Notes under the pieces: generated by a model
The model's input: the letters and a program-made list of their open reading frames with translations, nothing else
What the model was told of the DNA's origin: nothing
Databases searched by the model: none
Position numbers and translations under genes: made by a program
Assembly: GCA_027592745.1 (NCBI GenBank)
Contig: JAQCLG010000001.1
Coordinates: 1-55,178, forward strand
From: Pseudomonadota bacterium
GTDB lineage: Bacteria > Pseudomonadota > Alphaproteobacteria > SP197
Length of the DNA stretch: 55,178 nt
Reading direction: 5' to 3'
Part shown: piece after piece, positions 8,715 to 18,653 of the stretch
Layout of the letters: every line of letters starts with the position of its first letter
How positions within the stretch are numbered: the stretch's first letter is position 1

Positions 8715-9686
8715 TCAGCCGCCCAGATCGAAGGTCTTGCGGTCCAGGTTGCGCTCGGCACTGATCACACGCACCGTGCCGGTGCGCGAACGCATGACGA
8801 TGGATTCGGTCGTCACGCGGTTGCCGCGGCGATGGACGCCGCGCAGCATCCAGCCGTCGGTGACGCCGGTCGCCGAGAAGAAGATGTCGCCGTGGGCCAG
8901 TTCGCCGATGGCGTATTTCTTGCCCAGATCCTCGATGCCCATGCGGCGGGCGCGCGCCTTCTCGTCGTCGTTGCGGAAATTGAGCCGCCCCTGGAACTGG
9001 CCGCCGGTGCACTGCAGGGCAGCGGCCGCAAGCACGCCCTCGGGCGCGCCGCCGATGCCCATGTAGAGGTCGATGCCGGTCTCGGGCCGGGTCGTGGCGA
9101 TGACGCCGGCGACGTCGCCGTCCTGGATCAGGCGGATGCGCGCGCCGGCCTTGCGCACCGCCGAAATCAGATCCTCGTGGCGCGGCCGGTTGAGGATGAG
9201 GACCACGAGGTCGCCCACGGGAACGCCGCGTGCCTGCGCCAGGCGGTCGAGGTTCTCCTGGGGCGAGAGGTCGAGGTCGACGACCCCCTCGGGCAGTCCG
9301 CCGCCAACCGCGATCTTGTCCATGTAGGTATCGGGGGCATGGAGGAAACCGCCATCCTCGGCGAAGGCGAGCACGGCCAGGGAATTGGCCCCGCCCGTGG
9401 CGCAGATCGTGGTGCCCTCCAGGGGGTCGAGCGCGATGTCGACCTTCGGCCCCCCGCCGCGGCCGACCTTCTCGCCGATGTAGAGCATGGGCGCCTCGTC
9501 GCGCTCGCCCTCGCCGATCACGACGGTGCCGTCGATCTCCAGGCCGTTGAGGCCGCGGCGCATGGCGTCGACCGCCACCTGGTCGGCGGCCTTCTCGTCG
9601 CCGCGCCCCATCAGCAGGGCTGCCGCAATGGCAGCGGCTTCCGATACCCGCACCGCTTCCAGTGCAAGATCCCGATCAAGACTCAT
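8715..9686 (-). CDS. glpX: fructose-1,6-bisphosphatase class II (GlpX)
   Basis: ATG at 9686 with GGAGG upstream. MSLDRDLALEAVRVSEAAAIAAA...GEGERDEAPMLYIGEKVG is typical GlpX sequence. Confidence 0.9.
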   Translation of the reverse strand: MSLDRDLALEAVRVSEAAAIAAALLMGRGDEKAADQVAVDAMRRGLNGLEIDGTVVIGEGERDEAPMLYIGEKVGRGGGPKVDIALDPLEGTTICATGGANSLAVLAFAEDGGFLHAPDTYMDKIAVGGGLPEGVVDLDLSPQENLDRLAQARGVPVGDLVVLILNRPRHEDLISAVRKAGARIRLIQDGDVAGVIATTRPETGIDLYMGIGGAPEGVLAAAALQCTGGQFQGRLNFRNDDEKARARRMGIEDLGKKYAIGELAHGDIFFSATGVTDGWMLRGVHRRGNRVTTESIVMRSRTGTVRVISAERNLDRKTFDLGG

Positions 9687-9722
9687 GGTTCCCCTCCACA
9701 CGCGCTGCCCAGCGGCAGGCGT

Positions 9723-11012
9723 TCACAGATCCTCGATGCGTATCACCTGGGGCGGTTCTGCGACCGCCTCCAGCCTGCCCATGCGGGCCAGAGTCGCCTG
9801 CATGGACTTCTCCTCGGTCTCGTGCGTGGTCAGCACCACCGGCACCGTCTCGCCGGGATCACGGCCGCGCTGGAGCAGGCTTTCGACCGAGATCTTCTCG
9901 TCGCGCAGGATGGCCGCGACATCGGCGATGACGCCGGGGCGGTCGACCACCATCAGGCGAATGTAATAGGCGCCGTGGCGCCGCTCGATCGGCGCCGAAG
10001 GCAGATCGGCCAGGGCATCGGCCGGCAGGTTGAAGACCGGCAGGCGCGCACCGCGGGCGATGTCGATGACATCGGCGATCACGGCCGAGGCCGTCGGCCC
10101 GCCGCCGGCGCCGCGCCCGACATAGGTCGTGGGGCCGACCTGGTCGCCCTCGACCACCACGGCGTTGAAGACGCCGTCGACATGGGCGATGGGGCCCGAG
10201 AGCGGCACCATGCAGGGATGGACGCGCTGCTCGATGCCGTGCGGTCCGGCCTGGGCGATGCCCAGCAGCTTGATGTGATAGCCGAACTCGCGGGCAAAGC
10301 CGATGTCGTCGGGCGTGATGCCGGCGATACCCTCGACATGCACGCTGGCGAAATCGACCGGACGGCCGAAGGCGAGACTCGCCAGGATCGCCAGCTTGTG
10401 GGCGGCATCGCCGCCACCGACGTCGAGCGTGGGATCGGCCTCGGCATATCCCAGGGCCTGGGCGTCGGCCAGGACATCGCCGAAGGCCGAACCCTTTTCG
10501 CGCATCTCGGTCAGGATGTAGTTCGAGGTGCCGTTGAGGATGCCGTAGAGCCGGGTGACGCGGTTGCCCGCCAGGCCCTCGCGCAGCGCCTTGATGATGG
10601 GGATGCCGCCCGCGACCGAGGCTTCGTAGCCGACATGCACGCCGGTGCGATCGGCGGCGACGGCGATGGCGGTGCCGTGATGGGCAAGCAGCGCCTTGTT
10701 GGCGGTGACGACATGTTTGCCCGCGGCAATGGCGCGTTCGACCAGGTCCAGCGCGACGCCGGCCTCGCCGCCGATCAGCTCGAGCACGACGTCGACATCG
10801 TCGCGCACGGCAAGGTCGCGGGGATCGTCGCACCAGGCCACGCCCGAAAGGTCGATGCCGCGGTCGCGCCCGGGATCGCGGGCGCTGACGGCGGTCACGG
10901 CAACCTTGCGGCCGGAACGGGCAGCGACCAGATCGCCGTTGGCCTGCAACAGGGCAACGACGCCGGCGCCGACCGTACCCAGGCCTGCGATGCCAAGACG
11001 GAGGGTGCTCAT
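9723..11012 (-). CDS. hom: homoserine dehydrogenase
   Basis: 429 aa. N-terminal GIAGLGTVGAG Rossmann motif and C-terminal ACT-like domain. The hom-glpX-recJ order is common in alphaproteobacteria. Confidence 0.9.
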   Translation of the reverse strand: MSTLRLGIAGLGTVGAGVVALLQANGDLVAARSGRKVAVTAVSARDPGRDRGIDLSGVAWCDDPRDLAVRDDVDVVLELIGGEAGVALDLVERAIAAGKHVVTANKALLAHHGTAIAVAADRTGVHVGYEASVAGGIPIIKALREGLAGNRVTRLYGILNGTSNYILTEMREKGSAFGDVLADAQALGYAEADPTLDVGGGDAAHKLAILASLAFGRPVDFASVHVEGIAGITPDDIGFAREFGYHIKLLGIAQAGPHGIEQRVHPCMVPLSGPIAHVDGVFNAVVVEGDQVGPTTYVGRGAGGGPTASAVIADVIDIARGARLPVFNLPADALADLPSAPIERRHGAYYIRLMVVDRPGVIADVAAILRDEKISVESLLQRGRDPGETVPVVLTTHETEEKSMQATLARMGRLEAVAEPPQVIRIEDL

Positions 11013-12421
11013 CAGGCGCCGAACAGCACGTCGACGCGCCGGTCCTGAGCGGCATCGGCACTGGCCTGGCTGTCGCCTGCCGCCTCGACCACGACCACGC
11101 TGCTGGGCACGCCCTGACGAATCAGCTCGGCGGCCACGGCCGTCGCGCGATCGAGCGAGATGTTGAAGTTGACGAGTTCCTGGGAGCCCGTCTCCATGCC
11201 ACCGGCGGCACGGCTGGCGTGGCCGACCAGGCGGATGGTGCCACCGCGTTCGGCGTGGATCGCGGCGAGCTGGCGCACGATGTCGCGCTCGACGGCACCC
11301 AGGGCGCTGGAACCGTCGCCGAAGCGGATGATCGCGGCCAGGGTTTCGGGCGCCGGCAGGCCGACCGTGGTGAAGGCGGCCTGGGTGGCCACCTGGGTGT
11401 CGGCAGAGGCGACCACCAGCGGCTGTTCCGGAGTGCCCGCGCCAGGACCCGAAGCGGCGAACAGGTCGGTGAAATCAAGGGTTTCGACGGAGGTCGTCAC
11501 GCCCGTGGTCTGCGCGACCGTTGCCGACGGCACGTCCGCGGCGGCGGGAGCAATGGCCGGTTCGGCGACCGGCTCCAGGGTCTCTGCAACCTCGGTGAAG
11601 GTCATCGCCGGTTCCTCGACGACGACAACCTCTTCGGCCGGCGGCGCCGCAGGTGCCTGCTGGACCACCTTCACCACCTCGACGGTACGCGTCACGCTGC
11701 CGATCAGGTCGCCGGTGCCGTTGTCGACCACGGTCTGCTGTTCGATGCGGGTCTCGCCAAGCACGAGCTGCCCGGAGGCCAGCGCCATGCCCTCGGCCTC
11801 GGCCGCCGAATCCTCCATGGCCACCGCCATCGCCACGGCCTCGACGTCGGTCGCGGCAGCCTGCGTCGCAGCCGCCACGTCGGAGGCGGCGGGCGCCTCG
11901 GCGACGGGTTCGACCTCGGCCACCTCCTCGGCGACGACCTCCGCCTCGGGTTCGACGATGGCGACGGCCTCGGCCTCGGCAATCTCGATCTCGCCGCCGG
12001 GTTCGATGTAGGTGGTCTCGGTCTCCACCTCGACGACTTCGGGCTGGGCGATCGGCATGGGTTCGGGCGCGGTCTCGTCGTCGGCGCGCTGCAGGTCGGT
12101 CGTGTACTGCGCGTTGGCGAGATCGGCGGCCAGCGACTGCGCGACCTGGTCGATCTGCTCGGGCGAGGAAACGTTGGTCGGCGCCTCGGGGACTTCGGCC
12201 AGGTTGGGGTAGTCCTCGTCGGCTCCCGGGACCGGCTCGTCGGAGGTCGGGGCGGCTTCCTCGCCGACGGTGCTGGCATACCAGTCGGATGGGTCGAGGG
12301 CTTCGGGCCAGGAATCCGAGCAGGACGTGAGCAGCGTCAGCGAGCCCAGCAGGGCCAGCGCATAGAGGCCGCCGGAGACGGGCCGCCGGAGGGGTGTCTT
12401 TTTTGCGTTGCACAATGGCAT
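11012..12421 (-). CDS. OmpA/MotB-domain lipoprotein with a long acidic A/E/V/P-rich linker
   Basis: ATG at 12421. Lipobox LLTSC. C-terminal OmpA-like domain (IRFGDGSS...NISLDRATAVAAEL...DRRVDV). ATGA overlap with the hom start. Confidence 0.8.
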   Translation of the reverse strand: MPLCNAKKTPLRRPVSGGLYALALLGSLTLLTSCSDSWPEALDPSDWYASTVGEEAAPTSDEPVPGADEDYPNLAEVPEAPTNVSSPEQIDQVAQSLAADLANAQYTTDLQRADDETAPEPMPIAQPEVVEVETETTYIEPGGEIEIAEAEAVAIVEPEAEVVAEEVAEVEPVAEAPAASDVAAATQAAATDVEAVAMAVAMEDSAAEAEGMALASGQLVLGETRIEQQTVVDNGTGDLIGSVTRTVEVVKVVQQAPAAPPAEEVVVVEEPAMTFTEVAETLEPVAEPAIAPAAADVPSATVAQTTGVTTSVETLDFTDLFAASGPGAGTPEQPLVVASADTQVATQAAFTTVGLPAPETLAAIIRFGDGSSALGAVERDIVRQLAAIHAERGGTIRLVGHASRAAGGMETGSQELVNFNISLDRATAVAAELIRQGVPSSVVVVEAAGDSQASADAAQDRRVDVLFGA

Positions 12422-12540
12422 TATATCCGTACGCACGAGGCGCCTTTCGCAGGTCGCCCCAATGTAAACGAATTGGCCGTTCCCACAACAGAGCAGCGTG
12501 CTGCTGACGGCCGGACGCAAGACCACCCCGGAGCCCTGCC

Positions 12541-14349
12541 ATGACCAGCGAGCCCACCGTACCGACCGATCCCGCCGACATCCCCGTGATCTCGCCCGAG
12601 GAATGGCAGGAGGTCGCCGAGCGCAGCCACAAGGTGATGCAGGAGTTCCTGGCGAACCAGGGCAACGGCCCCTCCCCGATGGATGACATGGCGCGCATGG
12701 CCGGCATCTTCATGAAGGGCATGGGCCAGCTCATGGCCGACCCGGCCCGGCTGATCGAGGCCCAGACCAGCCTGTGGCACAACTATTTCGACCTCTGGCA
12801 GGCCACGGCCCGGCGCATGGCCGGCCAGGAAAGCGCCCCGGTGGTGGAACCGGCCGCCGACGACAAGCGCTTCCGCGACGAAGCCTGGTCGGAGAACGCC
12901 GTGTTCGACTACATGAAGCAGTCCTACCTGCTTTCGGCCAACTGGATTCAGGGCCTGATGGGCGGCGTCGAGGGCCTCGACAAGAAGACCAAGCACCAGC
13001 TCGACTTCTACACCAAGCTTTATGTCGATGCCCTGTCGCCGACCAATTTCGCGGCAACCAACCCCGAGGTCCTGCGCGCCACGGCCGAGACCAAGGGCGA
13101 GAACCTGGTCAAGGGCCTGAAGAACCTCCTGGAGGATTTTGAGCGCGGCAAGGGCAAGCTGGCGATCAAGATGGTCGACCGCGACGCCTTCGAGGTCGGC
13201 GGCAACCTTGCCGTCACGCCCGGCAAGGTGGTGTTCCAGAACGACCTGATGCAGCTCATCCAGTACACGCCGACGACCCAGAAGGTGCACAAGCGGCCGT
13301 TGCTGATCGTGCCGCCCTGGATCAACAAGTACTACATCCTCGATCTCAAGCCGGCGAACTCGTTCATCCGCTGGGTCGTCGAGCAGGGCTACACCGTGTT
13401 CGTGGTCTCCTGGGTCAATCCCGATGGCGAGATGGCCAAGAAGACCTTCGAGGACTACATGCTCGAAGGCCCGGTCGCCGTACTCGGCGCGATCGAGCAG
13501 GCCACGGGCGAGAAGAAGATCAACGCCGTGGGCTATTGCATCGGCGGCACGCTGCTTGCGGCGACCCTGGCCTATCTGGCGGCGCGCAAGGATGACCGCG
13601 TCGCGGCCGCGACCTTCCTGACCACGCTGGTCGACTTCGAGCAGGTCGGCGATGTCGGCGTCTTCATCGACGAGGCCCAGGTCCAGGCGATCGAGGAGAT
13701 GATGAACAAGCGCGGCTTTCTCGACGGCTCGGAGATGTCGGCGACCTTCAACACCCTGCGCGCCAACGACCTGGTGTGGTCCTTCGTGATCAACAACTAC
13801 CTGCTGGGCAAGGAGCCCTTCCCCTTCGACATCCTCTACTGGAACGGCGATTCCACGCGCATGCCCGCGGTGATGCACAGCCAGTACCTGCGCCACATGT
13901 ACCTGGAGAACGCCCTGTCGAAGCCAGGCGGCATCACGCTGGGCGGTGCGGCACTCGACCTGCGCAAGATCAAGCAGCCGACCTACATTCTCTCGACCCG
14001 CGAGGACCACATCGCGCCCTGGGAATCGACCTACCGGGCGACCCAGTTCTACGCCGGCGACGTCACCTTCACGCTGGCGATGTCGGGCCATGTCGCGGGC
14101 GTGGTCAATCCGCCCGCCAAGGGCAAGTACGGCTACTGGACCAACGACAGCCTGCCGCCTTCGAGCGCCGACTGGCTTGCCGGGGCGGAAAAACACGACG
14201 GTTCGTGGTGGCCCCACTGGGAAGCCTGGCTGAAGCAGCATGCCGGCGCCATGGTGGCGGCCCGGATGCCCGGCAAGGGCGGCAAGCTCAAGGCGATCGA
14301 GGATGCCCCCGGCAGCTACGTCAAGGCCCAATTGCGCGAGCCTGCCTGA
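12541..14349 (+). CDS. phaC: class I poly(3-hydroxyalkanoate) synthase
   Basis: 602 aa. Lipase box GYCIGGT and a typical PhaC N-terminal region. Confidence 0.92.
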   Translation: MTSEPTVPTDPADIPVISPEEWQEVAERSHKVMQEFLANQGNGPSPMDDMARMAGIFMKGMGQLMADPARLIEAQTSLWHNYFDLWQATARRMAGQESAPVVEPAADDKRFRDEAWSENAVFDYMKQSYLLSANWIQGLMGGVEGLDKKTKHQLDFYTKLYVDALSPTNFAATNPEVLRATAETKGENLVKGLKNLLEDFERGKGKLAIKMVDRDAFEVGGNLAVTPGKVVFQNDLMQLIQYTPTTQKVHKRPLLIVPPWINKYYILDLKPANSFIRWVVEQGYTVFVVSWVNPDGEMAKKTFEDYMLEGPVAVLGAIEQATGEKKINAVGYCIGGTLLAATLAYLAARKDDRVAAATFLTTLVDFEQVGDVGVFIDEAQVQAIEEMMNKRGFLDGSEMSATFNTLRANDLVWSFVINNYLLGKEPFPFDILYWNGDSTRMPAVMHSQYLRHMYLENALSKPGGITLGGAALDLRKIKQPTYILSTREDHIAPWESTYRATQFYAGDVTFTLAMSGHVAGVVNPPAKGKYGYWTNDSLPPSSADWLAGAEKHDGSWWPHWEAWLKQHAGAMVAARMPGKGGKLKAIEDAPGSYVKAQLREPA

Positions 14350-14417
14350 CCCCTGGCGCATGACACGGGCATCGGGTTCCGCTTGATCGGGAGGCCGTGC
14401 GCGAGGACGCTGGCGCC

Positions 14418-15059
14418 ATGGTCAACGAACTCCTGCTCACCAGCCTGGTCGGCTTTGCCATCGTCGGCTCGATCACGCCCGGACCCAACAACCTGATGGT
14501 GATGGCCTCGGGCGCCGCCTACGGCTGGCGCGCCACGGTGCCCCACATCATGGGCATCATGATCGGCTTTGCCGTGATGACGGCGGCGATGAACTTGGGC
14601 CTGGGTTCCCTGCTGGCCGGGGTGCCGGCGCTGGTCTGGGTGGTCAAGACCGGCGGCGCCCTCTGGCTGCTCTGGCTCGCCTTCCAGCTTGCCCGCGCCG
14701 CCCTGCGCCCGGCCGCGAACAGGGGCGAGGCACGCGCCGGCGGACGCCCCATGCGCTTCCACGAGGCGGTGCTGTTCCAGTGGATCAACCCCAAGGCCTG
14801 GGCGATGGCGCTTGCCGCAGCCGGCGCCTATGCCCAGCTCACGCCGTCGCTGTGGAGCCGCACGGCGCTGATCGTGACGATCTTTGCCCTGTGCTCGCCC
14901 GTGGCTAACGGCGTCTGGGTGACCATGGGCGAGGCCCTCCACCGCCTGCTCAGCGGCCCCAGGGCGGGACGCGCGTTCGGCCTGATGATGGCAGCCCTGC
15001 TGGCGGCCACGGCCGTCTCCATCTTCCTTGCCTCGCCCGAGATCGCGCCGCCGGCGTGA
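14418..15059 (+). CDS. LysE/RhtB family amino-acid exporter
   Basis: MVNELLLTSLVGFAIVGSITPGPNN motif. About 6 TM segments. Confidence 0.85.
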   Translation: MVNELLLTSLVGFAIVGSITPGPNNLMVMASGAAYGWRATVPHIMGIMIGFAVMTAAMNLGLGSLLAGVPALVWVVKTGGALWLLWLAFQLARAALRPAANRGEARAGGRPMRFHEAVLFQWINPKAWAMALAAAGAYAQLTPSLWSRTALIVTIFALCSPVANGVWVTMGEALHRLLSGPRAGRAFGLMMAALLAATAVSIFLASPEIAPPA

Positions 15060-15069
15060 GGCCTGCAAC

Positions 15070-15726
15070 TCAGCGCGAGACGACGATCACAGGATGCCGC
15101 AGGTCGTTGTTGTCGATCACGATGTCGGCCGCGGCGCGGGGATCGACCTCGTCGCGGTAGAGACGGTGTCCGGGGAGGTAACGGGCTTCCTGGAGACGGC
15201 GCAGCTCGAGGGAATCGCCGCCGCGCGCCAGGGCACGACGCGTCGACTCCTCTTCGGCAATCTCCAGATGGATCGCCAGGTCCCAGCAGCCGGCAAGTTC
15301 GGGCCGCAGCAGGAAGACACCGTCGACCAGCACGATGCCGCCTGCGGGCACGACGACGGGAGGGGCCGCGACCGGGCGGTCGCTGGCAAGGTCAAAGGCT
15401 CGGGTGCGTACCAGCACGGGCGAGAGGCCGCTTGCCAGAGGATCCAGCAGCAGCGCCCGCAGCGCCGCGTAGCCGAAGCTGTCCCGGTAGTAGCCCTTGG
15501 CGGAATAGCGGCCGCGCGCGTGACGCTGCGCCCTGGGCAACTCGAAGTCGTCGACACTGGCGCGCACCACGGCGACGCCGCGGGTCTGCAGCGGCGCAAC
15601 CAGGGCATCGGCAAAGGTCGTCTTGCCCGCGGCATCAGGGCCGTCGATCGCGACGGCGGCAGGCCTGGCGCACCCCAGGCCCAGGATGCGCCCGCAGACC
15701 TCCGCGATGACCGCCTCCCGGCTCAC
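15070..15726 (-). CDS. P-loop nucleoside/uridine-kinase-like protein
   Basis: GTG at 15726 in a GTGA overlap with the upstream stop. Walker A motif GPDAAGKT. Confidence 0.7.
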   Translation of the reverse strand: MSREAVIAEVCGRILGLGCARPAAVAIDGPDAAGKTTFADALVAPLQTRGVAVVRASVDDFELPRAQRHARGRYSAKGYYRDSFGYAALRALLLDPLASGLSPVLVRTRAFDLASDRPVAAPPVVVPAGGIVLVDGVFLLRPELAGCWDLAIHLEIAEEESTRRALARGGDSLELRRLQEARYLPGHRLYRDEVDPRAAADIVIDNNDLRHPVIVVSR

Positions 15727-16262
15727 AGCGCGGCGATCGCCTCGCGGTAGGCCTGGCCGTGGGCGACGTAGCCTGCGACCGTGCGCAGGAAGTCGTCCTG
15801 GTCGGCCTGCGACAGGTCGCGCATGTGGCGCGCGGGGCTTCCGGCCCACAGCGCGCCCGAGGGCACGGTCTTGCCCGGCGTCACCAGGGCGCCGGCAGCG
15901 ACCATGGCGCCGGTCTCGACCACGGCCCTGTCCATCACCGTGGCACGCATGCCGACGAAGCTGCGGTCCTGGAGGGTGCAGGCATGGATCAGGCAGTGGT
16001 GGCCGATGGTCACCTCGTCGCCGATCCAGGTCGGACCGTCGTTGCTGGAGACGTGGATCACCGTGAGGTCCTGGACATTGGTGCGCGCGCCGATGCGGAT
16101 CGGCGCGACATCGCCGCGGATGACGCAGCCCGGCAGGATGACGCTCTGCGACCCGATCTCGACATCGCCCGAGACGAAGACGCCCGGCGCAACGAAGGCA
16201 TCCTGCGCGATGCGCGGCCAGACCCCCTTGTAGGGAACGATGATCGGACCGGGCACGCTCAC
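15723..16262 (-). CDS. gamma-carbonic-anhydrase-like hexapeptide-repeat protein
   Basis: 179 aa of left-handed beta-helix repeats. GTG start overlaps the argC stop (GTGA). Confidence 0.85.
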   Translation of the reverse strand: MSVPGPIIVPYKGVWPRIAQDAFVAPGVFVSGDVEIGSQSVILPGCVIRGDVAPIRIGARTNVQDLTVIHVSSNDGPTWIGDEVTIGHHCLIHACTLQDRSFVGMRATVMDRAVVETGAMVAAGALVTPGKTVPSGALWAGSPARHMRDLSQADQDDFLRTVAGYVAHGQAYREAIAAL

Positions 16263-17308
16263 GGGAAGACCGCCACCTGTGGCAGGCCCATGGTCTCCTC
16301 GAAGCCGGCCATGACGTTGAGGTTCTGCAGGGCCTGGCCCGAGGCGCCCTTGACCAGGTTGTCGAGCGCGGAGACCAGGATCGCCCGGCCCGGGATGCGG
16401 TCGGCAAAGACGCCCATCAGGCAGAGGTTGGAACCCCGCACATGGCGCGTCGCCGGCGCCTCGCCCCGGGGCACCAGGCGGGCGAAGGGTTCGCCGTCAT
16501 AGGCCTCGGCGATCGCGCCGCGCAGGTCCTCGGCGGAAACGCCAGGCTTCATGCGCACGTAGGTGGTCGCCAGGATGCCGCGGTTCATCGGCATCAGGTG
16601 GGGCGTGAAGTTCACCGTGATCGCCGTGCCGGCGGCCTCGGAGAGCTCCTGCTCGATCTCGGGCGTGTGGCGATGGCTGGCGATGCCGTAGGCGTGGATG
16701 CCCTCGGAGACCTCGGTGTGGAGGATACCCTCCTTGGCCGCGCGGCCGGCACCGCTGACGCCCGACTTGGCGTCGATGATGATGTCACCGGTCTCGATCA
16801 GGCCGCCGGCCAGGCAGGGAATGAGCGGCAGTTCGGCTGCGGTCGTGTAGCAGCCGGGGTTGGCGACCAGCCGCGCCGCCTTCACCTGGGCCCGCTTGAC
16901 CTCGGTCAGGCCATAGACGGCGCTGGCCTGGAGCTCCATGGCGCGATGCTCGTGGCCGTACCACTGGGCATAGGTAGCACCGTCGTAGAGCCGGAAATCG
17001 GCCGAGAGGTCGACGACCTTGAGATGTCCGGGCAGGCCAGCGATGACCTCCTGCGTGGTGCCGTGGGGCAGGCAGCAGAACACCGCGTCGATGCCTCTCC
17101 AGTCGAGCCCATCGATGGCGACAAGATCGGGCAGGTCGAGGTGGGCCAGATGCGGGAAGACCGCGCCCATCGGCTCGCCGGCGCGGCGGTCGGCGGTCAG
17201 CGCGGCGATGCGGATGCCGTCATGGGTGACCAGCAGCCGGATCAGCTCGGCGCCGGTGTAACCGCTGGCGCCAAGCACCGCGACGTTGAGTTTTCCGTTG
17301 GCGTTCAT
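16259..17308 (-). CDS. argC: N-acetyl-gamma-glutamyl-phosphate reductase
   Basis: 349 aa. GASGYTGAEL and catalytic-Cys NPGCYTT motifs. GGAGG RBS. Confidence 0.92.
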   Translation of the reverse strand: MNANGKLNVAVLGASGYTGAELIRLLVTHDGIRIAALTADRRAGEPMGAVFPHLAHLDLPDLVAIDGLDWRGIDAVFCCLPHGTTQEVIAGLPGHLKVVDLSADFRLYDGATYAQWYGHEHRAMELQASAVYGLTEVKRAQVKAARLVANPGCYTTAAELPLIPCLAGGLIETGDIIIDAKSGVSGAGRAAKEGILHTEVSEGIHAYGIASHRHTPEIEQELSEAAGTAITVNFTPHLMPMNRGILATTYVRMKPGVSAEDLRGAIAEAYDGEPFARLVPRGEAPATRHVRGSNLCLMGVFADRIPGRAILVSALDNLVKGASGQALQNLNVMAGFEETMGLPQVAVFP

Positions 17309-17380
17309 GGTCTTCCTCCCGTCGGCGCCGCGCGACCGGCGCGCTGGATCGCCCCGTCATCCTGGCCCGGAGCGGGGCAC

Positions 17381-17415
17381 AAACAAAAGGGGCCGGACAA
17401 TGCTGCCCGGCCCCT
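17381..17415 (-). terminator. rho-independent terminator after rpsI
   Basis: Minus strand reads AGGGGCCGG-gcagcattgt-CCGGCCCCT followed by TTTTGTTT. Confidence 0.75.
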
Positions 17416-17441
17416 GGTGCCGCAAGACTGTTGCGACCGGA

Positions 17442-17930
17442 TCAGCGCTTGGAGAACTGGAAGCTGCGGCGGGCCTTGCGGCGGCCGTACTTCTTGCGCT
17501 CGACGACGCGCGGGTCGCGGGTCAGGAAGCCTTCCTTCTTGAGCGGCGCGCGAAGGGCCGGCTCGTAGTAGGTCAGGGCCTTGGAGATGCCGTGGCGCAC
17601 GGCGCCGGCCTGGCCCGAAAGGCCACCGCCCTTGACCGTGCAGAAGACGTCGTACTGGTCGACGCGGCCGGCAACCTGGAAGGGCTGGTTGAGGATCAGG
17701 CGCCAGGTCGGACGGGTGAAATACTGGTCGAGCTCGCGGCCGTTCACGATGACGCGGCCGGCGCCGGGCTTGATCCAGACGCGGGCGACCGCGTCCTTGC
17801 GCTTGCCCGTGGCATAGGAACGGCCCTGCTTGTCGATCTGCGGCTCGGGCAGGACGACCGGCTGCGCAACGGCAACGGGCGCGCCTTCGGCGGCGGCGGT
17901 GGCTTCGGCGAAAGACTCGGTCATGGCCAT
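17442..17930 (-). CDS. rpsI: 30S ribosomal protein S9
   Basis: Ends ...[17 protein letters not shown]. Has an N-terminal Ala-rich extension. Confidence 0.95.
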   Translation of the reverse strand: MAMTESFAEATAAAEGAPVAVAQPVVLPEPQIDKQGRSYATGKRKDAVARVWIKPGAGRVIVNGRELDQYFTRPTWRLILNQPFQVAGRVDQYDVFCTVKGGGLSGQAGAVRHGISKALTYYEPALRAPLKKEGFLTRDPRVVERKKYGRRKARRSFQFSKR

Positions 17931-17932
17931 GA

Positions 17933-18397
17933 TCAGGCGGCCCTCTTGTTCTTGACGTTGCGCGTGGCGAGGTCGAGGACCTCGGGCTGCTGGGCCTCGT
18001 GGGGATGCTCGGGTCCGGCGTAGATCTTCAGCTTCTTCATGACCTGGCGGCCCAGGGGGCTGCGCGTGATCATGCGCTCGACCGCCTTCTCGATGACACG
18101 CTCGGGGTAGTTGCCCTCGAGCCGCTGGGCCAGCGTGCGGCCCTTGATGCCGCCGGGCCAGCCGGTGTGCCAGTAGAAGGACTCGCCGTCCTTCTTGTTG
18201 CCGGTCAGGTGGACCTTCTCGGCGTTGACGACGATGACGAAGTCACCGGTGTCGACGTTGGGCGTGAAGGTGGTCTTGTGCTTGCCACGCAGGATGTTGG
18301 CAATCTGGGAGGCAATGCGCCCGAGAACCAGGTCCTCGGCGTCCACGACATACCACTTGCGCTCGACCTCGGCGGGTTTGGCGACGTAAGTCTTCAT
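17933..18397 (-). CDS. rplM: 50S ribosomal protein L13
   Basis: ATG at 18397 ([20 protein letters not shown]). Confidence 0.95.
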   Translation of the reverse strand: MKTYVAKPAEVERKWYVVDAEDLVLGRIASQIANILRGKHKTTFTPNVDTGDFVIVVNAEKVHLTGNKKDGESFYWHTGWPGGIKGRTLAQRLEGNYPERVIEKAVERMITRSPLGRQVMKKLKIYAGPEHPHEAQQPEVLDLATRNVKNKRAA

Positions 18398-18460
18398 GAA
18401 GGTGTTCTCATTACTATAAGGGCCGCAATGCCATCGGCAGCCGCAGCCCAAGGGGCGCGG

Positions 18461-18489
18461 AACTTACCACAGGTTCGGGGCGTGTCAAC
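18461..18489 (-). promoter_or_regulatory. sigma70-type promoter for rplM-rpsI
   Basis: Minus strand has TTGACA (18489-18484), a 17-nt spacer, then TAAGTT (18466-18461). Confidence 0.45.
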
Positions 18490-18653
18490 GCCGACAAACA
18501 GGGTGCCAAGACATTGTCTCCCGAGGGCTGCCGGGCCCGATCGCCCCGGAGAATCAGCTTTTCCCGGCACGCGCCGGAAGGGCAGACTGGGCCATGCACA
18601 AACACCAAGGCAACGACGGCACCGTTCGGGCACTCCGATCCGTACTTTGCGCC

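Noticed and set aside
12421-14361. 646-aa minus-strand ORF opposite phaC. Similar giants lie at 20910..22787, 26479..28524, 31550..34396, 42211..44781 and 52081..53892.
   Set aside because: All lie antisense to genes with unmistakable motifs (PhaC, MetY, L,D-transpeptidase, GlnA, DEAD helicase, peroxiredoxin). Their composition is biased and they contain no recognisable domains.
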